Part shown: positions 57,175-64,000 of the stretch, piece after piece
Layout of the letters: each line of letters opens with the position of its first letter
Position numbering within the stretch: position 1 is the stretch's first letter
Source: an uncultured virus (IMG/VR IMGVR_UViG_3300005336_000021)
Taxonomy: Duplodnaviria; Heunggongvirae; Uroviricota; Caudoviricetes
Direction: 5' to 3' (one strand)
DNA: 64,000 nt
Virus record (IMG/VR): IMGVR_UViG_3300005336_000021
The notes under the pieces: generated by a model
Told to the model about the DNA's origin: nothing
Seen by the model: the letters and a program-made list of their open reading frames with translations, nothing else
Database searches by the model: none
Translations under genes and position numbers: made by a program

Positions 57175-57530
57175 GTCTCGTCAGTGGGTTTTGGTTTTTG
57201 GATGAACTGAAGAGGATCACCTGGAACATGGGGATGGATGTGGACATCATCGTCAGGAGTCAGTTCGCGCTTGATAGAAGGCAAGGGAGATTGTTTCAGA
57301 TAGAGAATAGCACCTCCCATTCCGCTCCCAAGGAACACAAGCCCCATCTGTTTGATATCTAGCAGCTCAGTTCCCATCCCCATCGCGTAACCAAGCCCCA
57401 GTCCCCCCTGTGTCGTTCCTACCGTCATTCCACCTGAAATGAAGGCACCAACCAATCCATGAGCCCAGCGAGCTGTTCGGCGCTTCACCACCTTGCGCCA
57501 AAACATCGTTGTCTCGCTGGGCTTGGCCAT
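57171..57530 (-). CDS. Holin-like membrane protein
   Basis: Two hydrophobic segments, basic N-terminus, YLKQSPLP. Confidence 0.5.
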   Translation of the reverse strand: MAKPSETTMFWRKVVKRRTARWAHGLVGAFISGGMTVGTTQGGLGLGYAMGMGTELLDIKQMGLVFLGSGMGGAILYLKQSPLPSIKRELTPDDDVHIHPHVPGDPLQFIQKPKPTDET

Positions 57531-57672
57531 AAGAGAATTCTACCACTGCCACCCCTACACGGGATGGAGCAAAGGGACAATCAGAGAACCCTGGGGTTTT
57601 CCTGAAACCATGACAGTTTGAAGGGCCAGGGCCTTTTAACCCTTTGCCGATCGATCCAGTGGTAGAAAGTTT

Positions 57673-57870
57673 TCAACTTGGCTCGATCTTCCACTCCGGC
57701 CCGGCAAAAGCAGTTCCACCTGGTCGGAGGGAGGCGATGCGATCGTCCCTCGCTGCCTGTTCTTCAATGCTGATCTCCCCCGTCTTCACCATCTCCTGAA
57801 GGAGAGGACCAAGACCCTCGAGTAGATCGAGAGCCCCATCAATTGCTGTCAATACGGTTTGAGCTTTCAT
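57673..57870 (-). CDS. Hypothetical protein coupled to lipoprotein
   Basis: ATGA overlap. Confidence 0.6.
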   Translation of the reverse strand: MKAQTVLTAIDGALDLLEGLGPLLQEMVKTGEISIEEQAARDDRIASLRPGGTAFAGPEWKIEPS

Positions 57871-58292
57871 GGTTTTGGAGTCACTGCGGGTGGTATGTTC
57901 ATTTCTCGACTGGCTAAGTAACCAGTCGCCTCACGGACAGCCTGACGGATTGTATCGAGCGCCTTCTGAAAGGCCGTCCGATTTTCCTCAGTTGGATTTG
58001 CTTTGTAGGCATCCCTGAGTTTGATGGCGCTGGCGATCCATTCAGGGGCTCCTGCCCTAACCCTGTCAGCAGCCTTCTTGATCTCCGGTGTCTCCTTCAA
58101 GACCGCCCGGTTCTCGTATTCCCATTTGACGAACCGATGCATCACTTCATACCCCGTTGTGATGGCTAGATCAGCGTCATAGAGGAATTTGTCTCCTTGA
58201 TAAACCCCTTGGGGGGCCAACGTGCCACAACCATTGGTGCATCCACCAATGAGAGCGACTGATAACATCAGCAATATGATTGACTTTTTCAT
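57867..58292 (-). CDS. Lipoprotein (possible spanin component)
   Basis: MKKSIILLMLSVALIGG/C lipobox; helical body. Confidence 0.65.
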   Translation of the reverse strand: MKKSIILLMLSVALIGGCTNGCGTLAPQGVYQGDKFLYDADLAITTGYEVMHRFVKWEYENRAVLKETPEIKKAADRVRAGAPEWIASAIKLRDAYKANPTEENRTAFQKALDTIRQAVREATGYLASREMNIPPAVTPKP

Positions 58293-58362
58293 GATTCAGA
58301 CTTTCTAGTTTCCAACCATCCACCATACCCTAACAACACCTCCCAAAGATTACTAGAAGAAA

Positions 58363-59430
58363 TTAGTAAATTGAATATCTTGAATTCAATTGATTCGTCA
58401 CAACCTCCACCTCATCGTCCGTGAGTGCGTAGTCATAAACCTTGATGTCCGCGATGTAGCAATGAATGTAATCTTGACCACGACCGATACGAGCTACGGA
58501 TGGAAAACCTGTAAAACCATTCAACGTGTAGATAGCAGGAGCGGTTCCATTCATCGCCCACGCATGAGCACTGGTAAGGTTGTTCCAACGGTGCATGTGA
58601 ATGGCCTTCTCAGAAGGGAAGGGAGTGCTGTAAAGTCCATGACTATACTTAGAAACGATCTCAGCATCGGAGGCATTAGTCACAATAAGGTCGGCGCTCC
58701 AAGCAGAAGGGTTTCCCACTCCATCCATGAAGATGAACCCTGCACCATTCCCACGCCAGGAAAGAGGACAGCTGAATTCTTTGTAGGTCAGGATCTGCCA
58801 GACGATGAACATCGTCCAGCTAGGAATCGACGAAGCCGTGAAATCCATGAAGTCATCGACACCATCAAACATGACAGCAGGCTCGGTTCCGAAGATGCCC
58901 TCCTTGAAGAGAGGTCTCCTAGCAGACTCTATTTGAACAGCCGAGCGCGAGTATCCGCTAATGTCCGGCCAGACACTGAACTGAGCATTGTCTGCCACCC
59001 CTGTGATTGAACTAGCTTCCCAGCTCGCCACCAGCCCTGGAGTCACCGCCGAAGAGGGGACAGTCTCAATCAGTTCAAGACCAGCCTTTACATGGAAGAT
59101 GCCTTCATCATACTCCCGCTGATAGCCTCCCTCAAACCTGACAGTCCACTCTGACAATATCGAGGTCTCAGGGTATCTCAATTCGATCTTGAACTGGCCA
59201 GTCCCATTGCCGAGATCGTCTTGGAAGAAGTCTACGAAGGTCTGCATCTGAACAGCCGAGAAGCACCAGGCCACTGATAGTGTAGTATAGGACCGGGTAA
59301 AGCGAGATCGACGGACGATCGCAGCATTCTCAGTGGGACTCGTGAGGGTTGCATTCCTAGGCCTCCCTGAGAACTCTACTTTCGGCAACGGCAGGCTTGT
59401 CGGCCAGGTATTGTCAACTTGGAGGATCAT
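58363..59430 (-). CDS. Distal-tail protein fused to a LamG-like domain
   Basis: Directly after TMP; WPTSLPLP, RRSRFT; C-terminal WPDISG, VMFDGVDD, VYDYALTD. Confidence 0.75.
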   Translation of the reverse strand: MILQVDNTWPTSLPLPKVEFSGRPRNATLTSPTENAAIVRRSRFTRSYTTLSVAWCFSAVQMQTFVDFFQDDLGNGTGQFKIELRYPETSILSEWTVRFEGGYQREYDEGIFHVKAGLELIETVPSSAVTPGLVASWEASSITGVADNAQFSVWPDISGYSRSAVQIESARRPLFKEGIFGTEPAVMFDGVDDFMDFTASSIPSWTMFIVWQILTYKEFSCPLSWRGNGAGFIFMDGVGNPSAWSADLIVTNASDAEIVSKYSHGLYSTPFPSEKAIHMHRWNNLTSAHAWAMNGTAPAIYTLNGFTGFPSVARIGRGQDYIHCYIADIKVYDYALTDDEVEVVTNQLNSRYSIY

Positions 59431-62261
59431 TTGCCTCTCCTCAACCCATAGCTAGATTCTACGGCGCGAGTCACATCACCTCTCCCATCTCGTATCTCAG
59501 AACTGATCTCACCTTTGACACGACGGAGGACGATTTCCACGACCCTTTCTTCACCGTCAGTTCTTTCCTTCACCTCTGGTCGGACGTCTGTGTAATTGTT
59601 GATGACGACTCGAGTCCCTCCACCCAGTTTGTCATTTGGGACGATCGTTCCATTGCTTGATGGAGAGAAGATCTCAGGACCTCTTTCACCCACCAGGTAA
59701 TTCTGCCCACGAGAGACCATTCCACCTGTTGCTCGCTCACCACTAACCTCGAGATTGATTGACTGAATGGTCGACATGATACTCGCCGCCGCGGCGACGA
59801 CCGAAGCTATCGCAGCCAAATTAGCGGGCCACGGAAGGGCGAGGGCCTCGGCGATACCCTGTTGGATCTTGATGGCTGACGTAGCAATAGCCATCGCTTT
59901 GGACGCGGCGAACATCGCTTTGTAGGCTGCCGTCTGCCTACCCCCAAACGATTCAATCGTTTTGGCCAGTTCGTCGAACATGTTCTGACCGGACTGAATA
60001 AGAATCTGGGCCTGGGCCATCTGAAGTTGCTGGAGGCGACGGTTGTAGGCTTCGACGGCTGCGAGCTTCTCCTTGTTCGCCTTGTCCCCTAAATCGATGC
60101 CCTTCTTTTCAATCTCCGCTAAGATCCTGAGTTTGTTCTGATTCATCTCGATCTCGCGGGCGATTGCAGATTCCTGAGCCACCAAACGATCCGAAAACAA
60201 ATCTTCAGTCACCCCACCTGCTCCTGCATTATGACCAATGATCCCATGAGCCCTGAGCAAATCTGCTGTCTTCTCAGAACTGAGTTCACCCTGCTGCCCA
60301 AGCTTCATCGAATCGATCAACTCGGAACCGCTGATGTTCCTCATCATCGCTGCCTCTCCTCTGGAGAAGAGTTGGGACTTAGGAGGCTGGCCGAGGAGTT
60401 TCAACAGTTCAGTCACCTGGAGATCGTTCAGCATCCGCCGGATCTTCTCGCCGCCTCCTTTAGCAGCATCACCCACCCTAGCCACTGCCTCCTCGAGTCC
60501 CTTGGTGCTCTTGGTCGCGTCGTCGATGCCCTTTGTCATGTCCTTCAGGTGAGGATCCAACTCAGGGAAAAGGGCGGTAGCAAACTTCAGAAAACCACTC
60601 CACTCCCCCAGCAACTCTTTCACCGCCTCCTTGCTACCGTCTGCAAATTTCTTATTGATGTCACTAGACTTCTGACTAGCTTCATCCAAAACCTTGAGAG
60701 AATCTACCACACCATCCTTGATAGCCCTCCCGGCATTCCTGACCGAGTTCATCCTCTCCACTTGCATCTTGACGTAGGCCCCTGCGGCTCCTGCAAAATC
60801 CCGCTTGAACAGTGCCTCCATCACGTCCGCTGTTCCTGACGCGGCTCCACCCAGCGCAAACAAACCGTCAATGATAGCACCAATCGAATCCCACCAGATC
60901 TTGAAGAGTTTGATCTGGACGCTGACGGAAAGTTCTAAGCGAGCGAGATCCCTGGATATCAATACATCAAGAACGATGGTGAGGGACTTGATGGCTGTCC
61001 AAGCCATTCCCACCCCCAGCGCAAAAAACTTGAAGATGTCAATCAACGTCATCAAGATTGCAGTCAACCAGCCACTCTCCTTCTGAGTTTCAACAAGCCA
61101 CCTTATGACTTGCCTCATATTCGTGTTGAGTTCTTCCAGCGCAGGGACGAGACTCTCTCCGAGAGTGATCAAGAAATTCTTCAACTGATTGGATGTGATT
61201 GTCCACTGATTGGCAAAGGATTTCAATTGCCTTTCAGAGACATCCTCTACCGTCCCACCTGCCGCCCGCAGATCCTTCTCAAACCCCCGGACTCTTTCAG
61301 AAAATCCAATCAAGGCAAGAAGAGCCGACAATGAACGATCATGGAAACCAAGCAATTGAAAAGCCGTCCTTCTCAACTCGACCGAAGCACCAGACATGAC
61401 GTCCTCAAGATCCTTCAGGATGTCAGCAGTGTTCCTCATGTTGCCCTGAGCATCGAACACACTGATACCCAGTTCCTTGAAAGCCTCTTTGTTGGTGATT
61501 GCTGTTCTCTGGAGATCACGAAGAACAATAGCAAGAGCTTCACCAGCCGCTTCACCACGCAGACCCTGCTCGGCGAAAGCGGCTAGGACAGCCACACCCT
61601 CTTCAACATCCTTGTTCGCCATCCTCAACGCGGCAGCGGCTTTGTTCGACAAGGCCTCAGCAAACTGTTCAACTGTGCCTTGCGCTAAGATATCTGCCTT
61701 CACTAAGACATCGGCCACCCTAGCCATGTTCTTCATATACTGGGTGGTATCACCCACCTTCAATCCCAAAGCCGCCTGGGCGCTGGTAAGAAGTGAGGTG
61801 GCCTTCTCCATCTCAAAAGCACCTGCGGTGGCGAACTTCATCGCAACGGGCAAAGCCACCATCTGCTGCTCAACAGTCAAACCGGCCGATGCGAGGAAGT
61901 AGTAAGAATGGGCAAGTTCCTCGGCTGATTTGATACCTTCACCTGAAAGAGACAGAGCCAACTCTTCCATCTTCTTCTTGGTCCTGTCACTCAGGTTCCC
62001 CATGATGGCAGTGGACTCCGTCATGGCTTTGTTGAACCGAGCAAATTCAGCAACCGCCGCCGCTCCTATGACACTGAACGCCACTGTCATCCCAGCCGAC
62101 AGTCTCGTGGCTGTCCTCAGCATCATATCCGCCGTGGAAATCATTCCACGCTCGGCATCCATCAATCCGCTCAAGAGACTGGATGGATCAGCAGACAACC
62201 GAACGAAGAGGGTGCCTAGCGCAATCCCACCAACCCCTCCTCCAATTGATGAAGATATCAT
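59427..62261 (-). CDS. Tape measure protein (TP901 family)
   Basis: 944 aa; LASAGL, GEAAGEAL, RATGG...YLVGERGPEIF. Confidence 0.92.
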   Translation of the reverse strand: MISSSIGGGVGGIALGTLFVRLSADPSSLLSGLMDAERGMISTADMMLRTATRLSAGMTVAFSVIGAAAVAEFARFNKAMTESTAIMGNLSDRTKKKMEELALSLSGEGIKSAEELAHSYYFLASAGLTVEQQMVALPVAMKFATAGAFEMEKATSLLTSAQAALGLKVGDTTQYMKNMARVADVLVKADILAQGTVEQFAEALSNKAAAALRMANKDVEEGVAVLAAFAEQGLRGEAAGEALAIVLRDLQRTAITNKEAFKELGISVFDAQGNMRNTADILKDLEDVMSGASVELRRTAFQLLGFHDRSLSALLALIGFSERVRGFEKDLRAAGGTVEDVSERQLKSFANQWTITSNQLKNFLITLGESLVPALEELNTNMRQVIRWLVETQKESGWLTAILMTLIDIFKFFALGVGMAWTAIKSLTIVLDVLISRDLARLELSVSVQIKLFKIWWDSIGAIIDGLFALGGAASGTADVMEALFKRDFAGAAGAYVKMQVERMNSVRNAGRAIKDGVVDSLKVLDEASQKSSDINKKFADGSKEAVKELLGEWSGFLKFATALFPELDPHLKDMTKGIDDATKSTKGLEEAVARVGDAAKGGGEKIRRMLNDLQVTELLKLLGQPPKSQLFSRGEAAMMRNISGSELIDSMKLGQQGELSSEKTADLLRAHGIIGHNAGAGGVTEDLFSDRLVAQESAIAREIEMNQNKLRILAEIEKKGIDLGDKANKEKLAAVEAYNRRLQQLQMAQAQILIQSGQNMFDELAKTIESFGGRQTAAYKAMFAASKAMAIATSAIKIQQGIAEALALPWPANLAAIASVVAAAASIMSTIQSINLEVSGERATGGMVSRGQNYLVGERGPEIFSPSSNGTIVPNDKLGGGTRVVINNYTDVRPEVKERTDGEERVVEIVLRRVKGEISSEIRDGRGDVTRAVESSYGLRRGK

Positions 62262-62264
62262 AGG

Positions 62265-62585
62265 TTAATTGAGACTGATTCCCAAAGCAGCCGCCCAGGC
62301 CTGCTTAGACATTTTGGACTTCTCTTCTCCTTTATTTCTATCACCAAGGAGAAAATGATCCACTTTGACATTCCCTGGATGCTTCACGTAACCCCGTCTC
62401 ACCTCGGCAGCGATTTGGGCGAGATACATATCGCGTTTGGAATCCCTGCGGTGAACGAGTTTGATGTATTCGAGCCATTCAAGAAATTCAGTGAATGTCA
62501 TCCGAGACATCAACTCCCGCACTGGAATCCCGAGGTGGGAGGCTACTTCAAACCAGCACAGCCTCTCACCTCTCAGTCTTTTTTT
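62265..62585 (-). CDS. Tail assembly chaperone GT extension (-1 frameshift)
   Basis: -1 frame KKRLRGERLCWFEVASHLG.PV.EL..RM...EF.EW. Confidence 0.7.
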   Translation of the reverse strand, partial: KKRLRGERLCWFEVASHLGIPVRELMSRMTFTEFLEWLEYIKLVHRRDSKRDMYLAQIAAEVRRGYVKHPGNVKVDHFLLGDRNKGEEKSKMSKQAWAAALGISLN

Positions 62586-62941
62586 GCTTCGTCGACAGCC
62601 TTCTTCGCTTCGGGTTCGTTCAGGTAGTTGATTACCTGCGCCTGCTTGTAGAGCTCCGAAACCACCGAAGAAGGCCAGCCTTGGATTTCCTTCACCTCGA
62701 CGAGCTTTCCATCGCGGTAAAGGCACCGGCTGAGAAGGTCAGACTGCAAACCTTCGAATTTGTTGAGTCCAACGGGACGCCCCTGGGCATCCATCCGCGT
62801 CCTCGTTGCCAGTTTGTCCAAGAATTGATCTCGCATCAAACTGGTCATTTCACGAAGTTCATAAGCGACCTCGCCCTCCCCGTTCTTGAGGGTAACAGGG
62901 AGGACCTTCGTGGTGAGGTCAAGTGAGATGACGTTATCCAT
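62573..62941 (-). CDS. Tail assembly chaperone G
   Basis: Between tail tube and TMP; ends GCA AAA AAA GAC TGA. Confidence 0.8.
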   Translation of the reverse strand: MDNVISLDLTTKVLPVTLKNGEGEVAYELREMTSLMRDQFLDKLATRTRMDAQGRPVGLNKFEGLQSDLLSRCLYRDGKLVEVKEIQGWPSSVVSELYKQAQVINYLNEPEAKKAVDEAKKD

Positions 62942-62960
62942 ACGGCAAATGAATTAAGGA

Positions 62961-63407
62961 TTAGGTGTCAACGTTCGAGTGGTAAACCGGCGCCACCTCT
63001 GCTCCATCTCCGTCGACGTTGCCCGGCTGGATGGTGATAGTGGCAGTAGGCTGCTCACCTTCGGACATCGCGCCCGGAGTGAATGATTCGATCCATCCCC
63101 AGAACACAATAAACGACCCGTCTGGGAAGGTGATGGTGCATATCTGATTGATCCCTACCTGACCCATGAGGTCTGGTATCGCTTCGGTCGCGTAGGCCAC
63201 CGTTGCGGTGACAGGAGTGAGGGACTTCAGATTCCTGGGTGACATCGTCCGCCACGTCGTGTTTCGCATGGTGGTGGTATCGATGGCGCCGCCAGCGGTC
63301 ATCCCAGGAGGGGTTATTTCCTTCTCAAAGAGTCTTACGTCTGGAAGGTTAGCGAACGAGATGATGGTTGCGAAGCCATCATCTAGTCTGATTTGATTTG
63401 GATCCAT
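62961..63407 (-). CDS. Major tail tube protein
   Basis: TPPG..GGAIDTTTM, ITFPDGS...FWG. Confidence 0.8.
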   Translation of the reverse strand: MDPNQIRLDDGFATIISFANLPDVRLFEKEITPPGMTAGGAIDTTTMRNTTWRTMSPRNLKSLTPVTATVAYATEAIPDLMGQVGINQICTITFPDGSFIVFWGWIESFTPGAMSEGEQPTATITIQPGNVDGDGAEVAPVYHSNVDT

Positions 63408-63435
63408 GTTTCCTTTCTTCGGTTTAGGGGTTCAT

Positions 63436-63912
63436 TCATTGGCCAGACAAGAGGAGACCACCGCCCTCACCGCTCAACTCTACGTTGAACGGTTCACCTC
63501 TTTCAAGAGTCAGTATCATGTTAATGGTGAAATGGTGGCGCCGCCCACGAGTGTTTTCTTCAATCCCCAATGGGATGATTGCCCCAGTTCGTGAAACATT
63601 ATGGACAATGTATTCCTCCTCATCGGTGGTTACAACAGAATTCTGCACCGCGTCGAGCGTCAGGGCAATAGCTTGAGCTTTCAACCAAGTCTCTTCATAA
63701 GTGGGCCCGCGCACACGAATTTGGATACCAGGGTGCTCAATCTGTTCACCTGTCCTCATCATCCGTCCGTCAAGTTTGCCTGCCGTGTCATAGATGCAGA
63801 TCGCCTTGTCTGGAAGGTCGGGAAGAAAGGAGATGAAGATGCTCCAGTCTTCCCCCTCCCCTAAATCCAGGTCAAGCATGAGCTGATGAATTGCAACAGA
63901 AGGGGCTTTCAT
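63436..63912 (-). CDS. Tail terminator (minor capsid-like family)
   Basis: PDLPD.AICIYDT.G, PGIQIRVRG, RHHFTIN. Confidence 0.7.
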   Translation of the reverse strand: MKAPSVAIHQLMLDLDLGEGEDWSIFISFLPDLPDKAICIYDTAGKLDGRMMRTGEQIEHPGIQIRVRGPTYEETWLKAQAIALTLDAVQNSVVTTDEEEYIVHNVSRTGAIIPLGIEENTRGRRHHFTINMILTLERGEPFNVELSGEGGGLLLSGQ

Positions 63913-64000
63913 ACCTGGATGCGTGGAGTCCAGTTGAGGAGGGCTCGATCCCTGATGATCCTCAACATCTCCGGTCGGAGGCGACGGGAGGGTTCCTCAA
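63909..64000 (-). CDS. 3' end of tail-completion (HK97 gp10-like) gene
   Basis: EEPSRRLRPEMLRII...; ATGA overlap with next gene. Confidence 0.45.
   Translation of the reverse strand, partial: EEPSRRLRPEMLRIIRDRALLNWTPRIQV

Overview
The window is most of a tailed dsDNA (siphovirus-type) phage genome. No integrase, tRNA or CRISPR array is visible. The minus strand carries portal/head genes (1-3174) and tail/lysis genes (48322-64000). The plus strand carries about 35 small early genes (3609-16623), then replication/recombination genes: sigma-like factor, SNF2 helicase, split Rad50 plus Mre11, DnaB, clamp, clamp loader, split UDG-exo/PolA with an HNH intein, gp32-like SSB, RecA, FEN and resolvase. 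It also has a complete 7-deazaguanine DNA-modification pathway (folE, queD, queE, queC, queF, dpdA-like). A type IV pilin of Verrucomicrobiota style hints at the host (inference). Most notable: (1) Six sigma54-type -24/-12 promoters, five followed by a TTGCA-N4-TGCAA palindrome, drive the early region, and the phage encodes its own REC-HisKA-HATPase kinase. (2) A GA-saturated block abuts a GA/TC-depleted block at the early/late junction, possibly a footprint of the DNA modification. (3) A shared AAACGACA leader motif has its reverse complement displayed in the loop of an intergenic hairpin. (4) The tail module contains exported proteins (pilin, Tat lectin paralogous to a virion distal-tail domain, Sec-signal fibre-like protein, 46-aa Tat lipoprotein copying the tail-tip C-terminal motif). 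All calls come from motif recognition by eye; no searches were run.
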